A stretch of 32,000 nt of DNA from contig NZ_CP032551.1 in the NCBI RefSeq assembly GCF_009734345.1, positions 1,590,001 to 1,622,000 on the forward strand, in the 5' to 3' direction. Positions 18,937 through 27,261 of the stretch are shown here, one piece after another. The stretch is from Pseudidiomarina andamanensis. GTDB lineage: Bacteria; Pseudomonadota; Gammaproteobacteria; Enterobacterales; Alteromonadaceae. The notes under the pieces are model-generated. The model worked only from the letters and a program-made list of their open reading frames with translations. It had not been told where the DNA came from and made no database searches. The position numbers and the translations under genes were made by a program. Within the stretch, counting starts at the first letter, position 1; the number at the start of each line of letters is the position of its first letter.

Positions 18937-20450
18937 GAAATTATCTCCTTCGAAGCATCCGTTTGAGCCGGCGGCAATGGCCAGATCTTAAAGGTTATCA
19001 AGGTAAAACGTTCATCGAGGTAAAAACCGTTGTAGGCCCATGGGTATAAACGACGCGACCATTTGTGCTGCGGATACAATTGAACCAAGAGTTGTAAACC
19101 AAACAACGCCACAAACACGAAGGCCACCCAAACAACTAACGCAATGTGTGTATCGCCCTGACTTGGTACCGCGGCGGCAAATAGTAAATGCCAAATAAAA
19201 TACAGCTGGGTCAACATGAACACACGCAGTAAACCGAGTCGGAAAAGCTTCGCCGTCATATCGCGCTGCGGCCACAGGAGTGGCGCAAAACCAATGGTGA
19301 GAATAATCAGCGCCACCCAACTCACGTGAAACTGCGGTAGCACCCACTGCCACACCACAAACGACACGCCAATGACTGCGGCGCTAAACAATGGGCTTAA
19401 TACATACAAATTTTTACGCGTCACACTATAAGCCGGGTCCAACAAACGTTGTAGCCGAGCCTGTTCAACAGCCTCACCGGCGCTCAAGAACGCGTAGGCC
19501 TTGTAAAGCGAATGAGCCACCAAATGCAACAGCGCCAGCTCATATAAGCCCAGGCCAATTTCCATAAGCATAAAGCCCATCTGCGCGCAGGTAGACCAAG
19601 CCAACCGTACCTTAATACTGATTCGAGTCAGCATGACTAAAGCTGCAAGCGCCGCTGATAAGCTCCCCACAACCACCAACAAAGCTTGGGCAATGTCGCT
19701 TTGCGCCAGCATCGGTGCCATGCGCAATAACACAAATCCAGACAAGTTAACGACACCGGCATGTAGCAACGCTGAAATCGGTGTTGGCGCCTCCATGACT
19801 TGAATGAGCCAACCGTGCAATGGTAACTGCGCGGTTTTCAAAATTGCCGCCAGCGCGACCAGCACAATTGTCAGTTCAAGCCAAATAGACAGCTCGGAAA
19901 ACTCGGTAACATGCGTATTAATCTCCGCAAGATTCAGCGAGCCAACGTCGATATAAGTGAACGTGACCGCCATTAACAACAACACGTCAGCAAGGCGGCT
20001 AATAATGAATTTCTTGTGTGAGACAATTTGCGCAGCGCGACGCTGATGATAGAACAACAGTAACTTATGCAGCCCCACACTCGTCAACGACCAGCCAAGC
20101 AACATCAATAGTAAGTGGTCACTAACAACAATCAAGCCGACGTTGGCCAGGGTGAATAACGTGAACTGAATAAACATGATTTGGTTGGGCTCACCCTGCA
20201 AATAGTGCTTCGCAAAGCGTGTAACCACCCAACCCAAAATGGCAACAAGAACAATCACGACCAGCCCGACCCGATCAGCCGGTGCGGCACTAAACGCTGA
20301 AAAGAGCACTAACATCACTGCGCACAACAATGCGCTTAGTGAGGTGAGCTTGGCAACTTGCCATAGCATTCGTGGCGGCGCGACCAAGCTAGCGAGCCAG
20401 CCAATCAACCAAACAGCGGCAAAGGGCCATGTTTCAAGCATGTGATTCAT
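18933..20450 (-). CDS. dabB: DabB (MpsA/NuoL-like proton-conducting membrane transporter) subunit
   Basis: 505-aa polytopic ORF (about 12-13 TM) with an NADH dehydrogenase subunit 5/Mrp antiporter-like core: LLHAGVVNLSGFVLLR, MGFMLMEIGLG and HLVAHSLYKAYAFL. Stop TGA overlaps the dabA ATG. Confidence 0.85.
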   Translation of the reverse strand: MNHMLETWPFAAVWLIGWLASLVAPPRMLWQVAKLTSLSALLCAVMLVLFSAFSAAPADRVGLVVIVLVAILGWVVTRFAKHYLQGEPNQIMFIQFTLFTLANVGLIVVSDHLLLMLLGWSLTSVGLHKLLLFYHQRRAAQIVSHKKFIISRLADVLLLMAVTFTYIDVGSLNLAEINTHVTEFSELSIWLELTIVLVALAAILKTAQLPLHGWLIQVMEAPTPISALLHAGVVNLSGFVLLRMAPMLAQSDIAQALLVVVGSLSAALAALVMLTRISIKVRLAWSTCAQMGFMLMEIGLGLYELALLHLVAHSLYKAYAFLSAGEAVEQARLQRLLDPAYSVTRKNLYVLSPLFSAAVIGVSFVVWQWVLPQFHVSWVALIILTIGFAPLLWPQRDMTAKLFRLGLLRVFMLTQLYFIWHLLFAAAVPSQGDTHIALVVWVAFVFVALFGLQLLVQLYPQHKWSRRLYPWAYNGFYLDERFTLITFKIWPLPPAQTDASKEIIS

Positions 20451-20586
20451 CCATATGACGTAACTATTGTTATGTTAGTGTGCATGTTGCCAAAAAGCAT
20501 ACCTTCAGTAAAATAGATATAAAATATACAACCGTTCTGTTTTTACGAACATTTTACCGAGCAAACACCATTGAGGTGCTCCGACC

Positions 20587-21456
20587 ATGCGTGAACTCAA
20601 CTTTCATCACCTATTTTATTTTTGGACGGTCGCCAAAGAAGGCCACTTAACCCGCGCCGCACAGCAACTGCATGTATCGCAATCGGCCCTCTCATCACAA
20701 ATTAAGCAATTGGAAGAACGCCTTGGCCAAGATTTGTTTGTGCGCGAAGGTCGTAGCCTCAAACTCACCGAATTCGGGCATGTGGTGCTCAACTATGCCG
20801 AGCGGATTTTCAATTTAAGCCAAGAAATGATGTCGATGGTCGAGCGCGGTGATACGCACGTGGTTCAAACTTTTCGGGTTGGCGCCGTTGCAACGCTTTC
20901 TCGTAACTTCCAAGAGAATTTCTTACGCCCGATTTTGGGTAATCCGAACATTCAACTAACGTTACTTTCAGCAAGTCTTGAACAGTTGCTTGAGCAATTG
21001 AGTATGCATAAGCTCGATTTAATCCTCTCCAACCGAGCGGTTGCGTCAGATTTTCATTTACCGATTCGCTGCCAGTGCGTCGCCCAACAAAGTGTCAGCC
21101 TGATTGGGCCCAACAGTGACGCATTAAAGGATAGAGAGTTTCCGCGTGATTTAGACAAAGTACCGGTGTTGGTACCTGGCGTAAGTAGTGATATTCGCAC
21201 CCAATTTGACATGTATTGTGAAGAAAACAACCTGCAAATTACACCCTATGCCGAAGTCGACGACATGGCGATGTTGCGTGTGATGTCGCGGAGTATTCAA
21301 GGCGTGACCGTAGTTCCTGAAGTTGTCGTGCAGGACGAACTGCGCGCCGGTGTACTAAAAAAATACTGCATGCTCGAAGGCGTGGTCGAAAAATTTTATG
21401 CCATCACCGCCAAACGCGAGTTTGAATCGACCTTGCTCAGCACGTTACTGAGTTAA
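20587..21456 (+). CDS. LysR-family regulator of the NhaR-like subtype, divergent from dabBA
   Basis: 289-aa ORF. The N-terminus NFHHLFYFWTVAKEGHLTRAAQQLHVSQSALSSQIKQLEERLG and the blocks LSQEM and LLEQLSMHKLDLILS parallel my recollection of E. coli NhaR (NYNHLYYFWHV..., LSQEM, LLEQLSQHKLDMIIS). Confidence 0.85.
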   Translation: MRELNFHHLFYFWTVAKEGHLTRAAQQLHVSQSALSSQIKQLEERLGQDLFVREGRSLKLTEFGHVVLNYAERIFNLSQEMMSMVERGDTHVVQTFRVGAVATLSRNFQENFLRPILGNPNIQLTLLSASLEQLLEQLSMHKLDLILSNRAVASDFHLPIRCQCVAQQSVSLIGPNSDALKDREFPRDLDKVPVLVPGVSSDIRTQFDMYCEENNLQITPYAEVDDMAMLRVMSRSIQGVTVVPEVVVQDELRAGVLKKYCMLEGVVEKFYAITAKREFESTLLSTLLS

Positions 21457-21458
21457 AC

Positions 21459-21494
21459 ATGTCGCACCTGCTAATTTGCTAGCAAGTGCGACAT
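21459..21494. terminator. Hairpin between the convergent LysR and S9 peptidase genes
   Basis: ATGTCGCAC-c-TGCTA-atttgc-TAGCA-a-GTGCGACAT, a 9+5 bp interrupted stem. There are no flanking U-runs. Confidence 0.5.
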
Positions 21495-21507
21495 CATCAA
21501 CACGCAT

Positions 21508-23448
21508 TTATTCAACTAAATAAGTATTTAAGAAATTCAAATACGCTTCTTGTGCTTCAATGCGATTCGCTTTCACGCTAAATCCGTGGCCTTCGTCATC
21601 AAATAAAACATACTCAACGGGCACTTTGTTCGCTCGGATCGCTGCCACCATTTCATCGCTTTCGACCTGCAGTACGCGCGGATCATTGGCACCTTGCACC
21701 ACTAATACTGGCACTTTGATATTATCCGCGTGGAACAGCGGCGAAATACGGCGTAGACGTTCGCCGTCAACAGCTGGGTCGCCGAGCTCGTCATACAATG
21801 ACTGACGGAAGCTCTCCCACCATGGTGGGATACTTTCAAGTGTACGCACCCAGTTAGTGACACCGAATATATTGATGCCAGCATCAAATTCGTTGGTGAA
21901 TGCCAGTGCTGCCATCGTTAAGTAACCACCATAACTACCGCCCATTACAGCGATACGTTGCGGATCAACCCACTCTAATGTCTGCAAGTATTTCTTCGCG
22001 TAGACAATGTCTTGTAAATCATCTTCGCCATGGCGCTGGTCATCAAGATGGAAGAACGTTTTACCATAACCGGATGAGCCGCGATTATTCACACCAAACA
22101 TCGCATAGCCATGATTGACAAGGTGCTGCACCATCGCGCTATAGCCTTGGCGCGTTTGTCCGCCTGGGCCACCGTGAATAAAGATAACCGCCGGCACTCT
22201 GTTCTCAGCACTGGCTTGATGTGGCTTATACAGCAACCCTGGAACCGTTAGCTCGTCAAAGCTTTGAAAGCGTTCCACGGTACTTTGCACAAGGTGCTCC
22301 GGTTGCATCCCTTCGGCGAGTGTGTTGGTGAGCTGCACGACATTATCACTTCCGACTTGCCAAAACATCAGATTGGACGGTGATACATCAGAATTCACAT
22401 AGAATACTAATGTTTGCTCGTCGTCAGAAAAATTCACACCGCGCAAATCACCGGGAGGATGCTCAGGTAACATGACCTCTTCCCCCGTCGCAGTATCGAT
22501 AATACTGAGTTCGGTGCGCGCATCCGCATTCACACCAACGACTTGGTACTTGCCGGAATCGGAGAAATACAGGAACGACACATCCCAATCGGCAGCAAAG
22601 TGCTCGCTGTGTTCCTCGGAGGCGATATCGTACGCCCAAGCTTGATAAAACTCGCCGTGACCGTCGGTGCCGTAAATGAGTTGGTTACTATCGTGCGTGA
22701 ACGTGTAGGCATTATGCTGAATATTACCATCTGTTGGTGTGATCAATTTCGGCTCAACGTTCTCGGCTTCCAAATCCACCAGAAATAAATCTGAATCGGC
22801 ATTCGAATTAGTGCGGCTTAATGCTAAATACCGCCCGTTCGGGCTAATCGCATCGACATTAAAGCCCGTATTATTTTCAAATACCATCGTGCGGCTGTAA
22901 TCCTCAGTGCTGTATTGATACACATCGAAGTACCGATTATCACGCTCGTTCGTCATCACATAAAAATGCATGTCGTCTTCGTGCCAGCCACCCACCATAG
23001 CTTTTAGGTTCTCGCCCGGGGTTAAATCTTGTGTGGTACCGTCTTCTAAACGCACATATACATGGTTGAGCTCATTACCGCCTTGGTCAGCGGTATACAG
23101 CATACGCCCGTCTTTCGGGAACCAACTCACACCCATCATGGCATCGGTAGTTGAATTGGTCAGTTGCGTCGGTTCGCTACCATCAAGCGGATAACTGTAT
23201 ACATTAAAGATGCCGCTTTTATCGCTGGTCACCAGCACCGCCGTGCCATCGTGGTTAATCGACGAACCAAAGATGGTCTCGGTGTTAAAAAATGTCTCAG
23301 CGCTATAGGTTGGCACCTCCGGCGTTGCCGCCACTTGTTGTGTGGCTTCGGCGTCGGAAGCAAGCGAAGTCGGCTCCGGTGCCGGCTTACTGCAAGCAAC
23401 CAATAACACGCTTGCAGCTAAAGTCGAGAAGAGCATTGAAGTACGCAT
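21508..23448 (-). CDS. S9-family serine peptidase (prolyl oligopeptidase/dipeptidyl aminopeptidase type), lipoprotein
   Basis: 646-aa ORF with lipobox LLVAC. N-terminal beta-propeller-like region. C-terminal alpha/beta hydrolase with nucleophile elbow GGSYGGY, plus QGANDPRV and DEGHGF. Confidence 0.9.
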   Translation of the reverse strand: MRTSMLFSTLAASVLLVACSKPAPEPTSLASDAEATQQVAATPEVPTYSAETFFNTETIFGSSINHDGTAVLVTSDKSGIFNVYSYPLDGSEPTQLTNSTTDAMMGVSWFPKDGRMLYTADQGGNELNHVYVRLEDGTTQDLTPGENLKAMVGGWHEDDMHFYVMTNERDNRYFDVYQYSTEDYSRTMVFENNTGFNVDAISPNGRYLALSRTNSNADSDLFLVDLEAENVEPKLITPTDGNIQHNAYTFTHDSNQLIYGTDGHGEFYQAWAYDIASEEHSEHFAADWDVSFLYFSDSGKYQVVGVNADARTELSIIDTATGEEVMLPEHPPGDLRGVNFSDDEQTLVFYVNSDVSPSNLMFWQVGSDNVVQLTNTLAEGMQPEHLVQSTVERFQSFDELTVPGLLYKPHQASAENRVPAVIFIHGGPGGQTRQGYSAMVQHLVNHGYAMFGVNNRGSSGYGKTFFHLDDQRHGEDDLQDIVYAKKYLQTLEWVDPQRIAVMGGSYGGYLTMAALAFTNEFDAGINIFGVTNWVRTLESIPPWWESFRQSLYDELGDPAVDGERLRRISPLFHADNIKVPVLVVQGANDPRVLQVESDEMVAAIRANKVPVEYVLFDDEGHGFSVKANRIEAQEAYLNFLNTYLVE

Positions 23449-23558
23449 GAGTGTTTCCTTGTTGTATTATCCTACTAGTGAGGTCGTTACTGCTTCAATG
23501 AAGTTTCAAAAGTGTAGACCAAATTCACCAAGCAACAAGTTCATGCAGTAGGAGCCTT

Positions 23559-24359
23559 ATGATGAAACACATCCTATACATTGCGCACGGCGGCGGACCA
23601 ATGCCGTTGCTGGGTGACAAAAGTCACGACGATATGGTGACGAAGCTACGCGAAGCTGCCGCACAAATGCCGAAACCGAAGGCCATTTTAGTCATCAGTG
23701 CCCATTGGGAAACGGACATACCGCACGTGACAACCGCCACGAAGCCGGAACTCATTTACGATTACTACGGTTTTCCTCCCGAATCCTACACGATAGAATA
23801 CCCCGCTCCCGGTGAACCGGCGTTAGCCGAGCAAGTATTGGGAGCAATTACTACGGCCGGAATTGAGGCGCAAGGTGATGCGCAGCGTGGCTTTGATCAT
23901 GGTTTGTTTGTGCCATTGAAACTCATGTATCCAGACGCCGACATTCCATGCGTGCAGTTGTCATTAATGAATCATTTAAATGCCGACACCCATATTAAAC
24001 TTGGGCAAGCGTTGCAGGCACTCGACTACGACAACCTATTGATTCTTGGCTCTGGCTTCTCGTTTCATAATATGCGCGCATTTTTCGCACCGAATCATGC
24101 TGAAGCAGATAGCCAAAATGCGGCGTTTCAAGCATGGCTCGAACTTGTTTGTAGTGACCCAGAAATAGACGAGAAACAGCGGCAACACATGTTGGCAAAT
24201 TGGCAGGAAGCACCGCATGCACGGTTTTGTCATCCGCGTGAAGAGCACTTACTGCCGTTACACGTTTGTTACGGCGCAGCAGGCCGCGCATGCGATCGAG
24301 CCACCACGGTATACGCGTTGAATAAAGAATCACGTATGTTCTATTGGCAAATGAATTAA
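23559..24359 (+). CDS. ygiD: Class III extradiol dioxygenase, YgiD/4,5-DOPA dioxygenase family
   Basis: 266-aa ORF. Blocks [72 protein letters not shown] and EEHLLPLHV match my memory of YgiD. Confidence 0.85.
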   Translation: MMKHILYIAHGGGPMPLLGDKSHDDMVTKLREAAAQMPKPKAILVISAHWETDIPHVTTATKPELIYDYYGFPPESYTIEYPAPGEPALAEQVLGAITTAGIEAQGDAQRGFDHGLFVPLKLMYPDADIPCVQLSLMNHLNADTHIKLGQALQALDYDNLLILGSGFSFHNMRAFFAPNHAEADSQNAAFQAWLELVCSDPEIDEKQRQHMLANWQEAPHARFCHPREEHLLPLHVCYGAAGRACDRATTVYALNKESRMFYWQMN

Positions 24360-24370
24360 GGTACAAAATT

Positions 24371-24649
24371 ATGGCGCGCGCGCACGCTTTACACATCTTG
24401 GTAAAAACCCGCGAAGAGGCGGAAGAGTTAAAGAAACAGCTGGCGGCTGGCAAGAAGTTTGGCGACCTTGCACGTCAGCACTCACTTTGCCCATCGGGCA
24501 AGAAGGGTGGCGATCTCGGTGAGTTCGGCCGCGGCCAGATGGTGCCGGCATTCGATAAAGTGGTATTTGGCAAGCCAACGCTCGAAGTTCACGGACCGGT
24601 AAAAACCAAATTCGGCTGGCATTTAATAAAAACTTTGTCGCGAAATTAA
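24371..24649 (+). CDS. ppiC: Parvulin-type peptidyl-prolyl cis-trans isomerase C
   Basis: 92 aa from ATG 24371 (the ORF track begins at 24344 inside ygiD). [37 protein letters not shown] and FGWHLIK are nearly identical to E. coli PpiC blocks. Confidence 0.9.
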   Translation: MARAHALHILVKTREEAEELKKQLAAGKKFGDLARQHSLCPSGKKGGDLGEFGRGQMVPAFDKVVFGKPTLEVHGPVKTKFGWHLIKTLSRN

Positions 24650-24654
24650 GCTAT

Positions 24655-24686
24655 TTTTGGCGAAAATTAGTCGAATTTCGCCAAAA
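24655..24686. terminator. Hairpin between convergent ppiC and the 24667 gene
   Basis: TTTTGGCGAAA (24655-24665) and TTTCGCCAAAA (24676-24686) form an 11-bp stem with a 10-nt loop. The right arm overlaps the last codons of the minus-strand gene. Confidence 0.45.
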
Positions 24687-25176
24687 GCTCCTCAATATCA
24701 TCGAGATCATCTTCAACGTTTTCTTTCACTAAACGATAGAATTCATCGGCTGCGTCCGCAATCGCTTCACAAACACGTGCGACCGTTTTTGCTCCGAGCT
24801 TCTGGTTATCTTCTTCAAGTGGCAACGCATAAACAAATAACACTTCACCTTCGGAGTCGACTGAGAAACTGCTGAACTTCACTTTGTTGTTGACGAGGTT
24901 GGCAATTTCAAGCAGCTGTGTTTGAAAAATCGGTCGATACTCGCCCGCTTCATTAAAATATAACTGCTCGACAAAAAACGGGGCTTGGACAAAATAAGCA
25001 ATACGCCCCTCTTCGGCTAAACACACTTGAACTGCAATCCCGAAATTACCTTCATCATCAAAATAGTTTTGCGTAGCAACACCAACAAGCACGCGGTCGT
25101 CAGTATCGGGCGGCACTTGAAATGCGATACCCTGCGTGTCCAGTTCATCAATCAATTCCGCAATCGTCGTTGCCAT
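24667..25176 (-). CDS. Hypothetical acidic cytoplasmic protein (possibly a YbjN/chaperone-like fold)
   Basis: 169-aa ORF, strongly Asp/Glu-rich with no TM. AAGGAAG SD. It starts 18 nt after the MerR gene stop on the same strand. The family assignment is a guess. Confidence 0.6.
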   Translation of the reverse strand: MATTIAELIDELDTQGIAFQVPPDTDDRVLVGVATQNYFDDEGNFGIAVQVCLAEEGRIAYFVQAPFFVEQLYFNEAGEYRPIFQTQLLEIANLVNNKVKFSSFSVDSEGEVLFVYALPLEEDNQKLGAKTVARVCEAIADAADEFYRLVKENVEDDLDDIEELLAKFD

Positions 25177-25194
25177 TATTTATCTTCCTTGTTT

Positions 25195-25563
25195 CTATTC
25201 AGACACTGTATTGCAGGCTTCATTTTGCAAATAATGTTGCAAGTCGGCGAGGCCAGCGTCTCGCTGTTTGAGCTGTTCGAGTTGCTTCGCAATTTCGGCT
25301 CGTTTGCTGTCAATTGCCCGAAGAATCACTTTGGCGGGCAATCCTCTTTTAATATTCTCACCATCACACATCTGTTTTAATTCAGTCAACGTAAAGCCAA
25401 ATTGTTGAGCAATTTTTATTTGCTTTACGGTTTCGACGTATGTGGTGTCGTAAACGCGATAATTACCACGACGTTGCGCGGGCGGTAACAACCCAATGCT
25501 CTCATAGAGGCGAATTGTCGTCGGCGTTACCGCTGTGAGTTTGCAAAATTCACCAATGTACAT
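25195..25563 (-). CDS. MerR-family transcriptional regulator
   Basis: 122-aa ORF. N-terminal HTH MYIGEFCKLTAVTPTTIRLYESIGLL...R..NYRVY, then a coiled-coil dimerisation helix. Confidence 0.9.
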   Translation of the reverse strand: MYIGEFCKLTAVTPTTIRLYESIGLLPPAQRRGNYRVYDTTYVETVKQIKIAQQFGFTLTELKQMCDGENIKRGLPAKVILRAIDSKRAEIAKQLEQLKQRDAGLADLQHYLQNEACNTVSE

Positions 25564-25972
25564 GCAGCCTCCGCAAGGTTACTGTTTGTTTAATATACCC
25601 GACCAGCTGCACAATGCCCCACGCTAATTCAGGAACCATGAAAAACACCAGCAAATCAGTCGCGCCGTTTAACCAAGCATAAAGCATTGCGATAAAAAAC
25701 AGTACTCTGGCGATGCTATCAAGTAAGCCGTAGAGTGGGTCCGGTTTCATAAACCGTATAATCGACCAAATAGTGACAACGCTTCCCACAAAATGAACAA
25801 ACAATAAATGTAGCGGCTGGAAATCCGGGAAGGCGCCAGCCAAGTTCTGCGCAACGTGCAAACTTTGCAGCGTATTCAACACCCAAACGGCGACGCCTGG
25901 AATTGCAAATAACGATGTTGCGAGAATATCGTAAATTGCGCTTGCTCGAATGATCTTAAAATACGTGTTCAT
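25550..25972 (-). CDS. Hypothetical four-TM membrane protein
   Basis: 140-aa ORF with four hydrophobic segments and an AGGA SD. The 3' end overlaps the MerR start by 14 nt. Confidence 0.65.
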   Translation of the reverse strand: MNTYFKIIRASAIYDILATSLFAIPGVAVWVLNTLQSLHVAQNLAGAFPDFQPLHLLFVHFVGSVVTIWSIIRFMKPDPLYGLLDSIARVLFFIAMLYAWLNGATDLLVFFMVPELAWGIVQLVGYIKQTVTLRRLHVHW

Positions 25973-26017
25973 GTTATTGTTCCTATATCGTTTTTATAGA
26001 AACGACATGCTAAACCT

Positions 26018-26031
26018 TGCCCCTATGGGCA
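26018..26031. promoter_or_regulatory. Short dyad TGCCC-ctat-GGGCA in the divergent promoter region
   Basis: 5-bp perfect arms sit between the membrane-protein/MerR operon start (25972) and the VOC gene start (26054). This is a candidate MerR operator. Confidence 0.25.
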
Positions 26032-26053
26032 GAGTCAAACGGAATCGGACAAT

Positions 26054-26495
26054 ATGAAAATTAAATTACTGTTGGCACTGATTTGCCTTGTTTCTTTTGG
26101 TGCAGTGGCAGGCGAACGTGAGAAAGTACTTGGCTTCGGCGGCGTGTTTTTCAAAGCAGAAGATCCGAAAGCTTTAGCGCTTTGGTATGAAGAACACCTC
26201 GGTGTAAAACAAACGCCAACGACTTATGAAGAAATGCCTTGGGTGCAAACTGGTGGTAGCACGGTATTTGGGGTTTTTAATAACAAAACCAAGTATTTCG
26301 GAGCAGATGACCAACAGTTTATGTTCAATTTTCGCGTTGGCGACTTAGATGCGATGGTTCAGCAACTCCGCGAAGCTGGTATCGAGGTTGAAGTTGACCC
26401 AGAAACTCTACCCGAATGGTCGCTTCGCACGATTGGCAGATCCTGAAGGCAACCCAATTCAATTATGGCAAGAGATGACGCCAGTTACCGATTAA
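26054..26495 (+). pseudogene. Secreted VOC/glyoxalase-family protein, reading frame broken near 26403
   Basis: The track ORF ends at 26446 with ...VDPETLPEWSLRTIGRS*. The +1 frame reads KLYPNGRFARLADPEGNPIQLWQEMTPVTD* (stop 26493-26495), which is the conserved VOC C-terminus. 26054-26495 is 442 nt, not a multiple of 3. The shift maps to the AAA run at 26403-26405. Confidence 0.65.
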
Positions 26496-26506
26496 CTGGC
26501 GGCTCG

Positions 26507-26752
26507 TTATTTAGAAATGTCCTGCTCATCACCCCATTCTTCGCCGAGGTATTTAAAGCGCGGCACTTCTAAACCATCAACGCTGACCGACTGCAAGAAC
26601 ATGTCATAGGGGCGTACCCACAAGCCTTGCTCGTCGCCATAAAGCGGCCGGTACAACACCATCCATTCTTCGGTTTCAGAATGGCGCACCGTATCGACTA
26701 CCTCGTACATCGGGCCTTTGTAGTGCTGATATTTACCTGGGGTAATTTTCAT
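26507..26752 (-). CDS. DUF1653 domain protein
   Basis: 81-aa [45 protein letters not shown] matches the DUF1653 pattern. ATGA overlap with yaiI. Confidence 0.8.
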   Translation of the reverse strand: MKITPGKYQHYKGPMYEVVDTVRHSETEEWMVLYRPLYGDEQGLWVRPYDMFLQSVSVDGLEVPRFKYLGEEWGDEQDISK

Positions 26753-27198
26753 CTCGAACTCCTCGCCAGAATTTTATCGAGCTCATTCGCGAAGGTCATA
26801 CGATCGCGTTGGTGTAACGGTGGTGGGCCGCCTGTGTGCTCGCCGCTACTGCGCAACGTATCCATGAAATCGCGCATGTTTAAGCGGCTACCGATGTTCT
26901 CTTTTGTGAACAACTCGCCACGCGGGCTCAGTGCTTGGCCATGCTTTTTAATCACATCGGCCGCTAACGGAATATCGGCCGTAATCACCAAGTCACCCGC
27001 TTCACAAATTTCAGCGATGTAATTGTCGGCAACGTCAAAACCTGACTCAACTTGCTTGGTTTTTATCCATTTTGATGGTGGTACGCGCAAAGGTTGATTC
27101 GCCACCAAAATTAATTCAAGCTGTTTCCGCTCAGCAGCGCGATACAAAATGTCTTTAATAACCGCTGGGCAAGCGTCCGCATCAACGTATATTTTCAT
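26749..27198 (-). CDS. yaiI: UPF0178 protein YaiI/YqxD family
   Basis: 149-aa [27 protein letters not shown]...[12 protein letters not shown]...GFDVADNYI...[14 protein letters not shown]...[16 protein letters not shown] closely parallels E. coli YaiI. Confidence 0.9.
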   Translation of the reverse strand: MKIYVDADACPAVIKDILYRAAERKQLELILVANQPLRVPPSKWIKTKQVESGFDVADNYIAEICEAGDLVITADIPLAADVIKKHGQALSPRGELFTKENIGSRLNMRDFMDTLRSSGEHTGGPPPLHQRDRMTFANELDKILARSSR

Positions 27199-27261
27199 GT
27201 GTCTTTGTGTGTTTTAATGATTTTCATAAACCATAGATTAGCATTAAGCTAAACGCATCAC

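Noticed and set aside
24344-24370. Longer ppiC start overlapping the end of ygiD
   Set aside because: E. coli-type PpiC begins just before the ALHILVK block. ATG 24371 has an AAGG SD, and the extension MANELRYKI has no counterpart in the family.
23995-24453. 152-aa minus-strand ORF spanning the ygiD-ppiC junction
   Set aside because: It is antisense to two well-supported genes and has no recognisable features.
25027-25380. 117-aa plus-strand ORF across the acidic-protein and MerR genes
   Set aside because: It is antisense to and crosses the boundary of two better-supported minus-strand genes that have good ribosome-binding sites.
26395-26450. Programmed +1 or -1 ribosomal frameshift in the VOC gene
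   Set aside because: There is no slippery heptamer with a downstream structure, and there is no precedent in this family. A single-base indel at a short A-run (mutation or sequencing error) is the simpler explanation.
26507-27198. The overlapping small genes yaiI and DUF1653 as a toxin-antitoxin pair
   Set aside because: Both belong to broadly conserved families that are not known as TA components. There is no antitoxin-type DNA-binding domain, and the overlap only supports co-translation.
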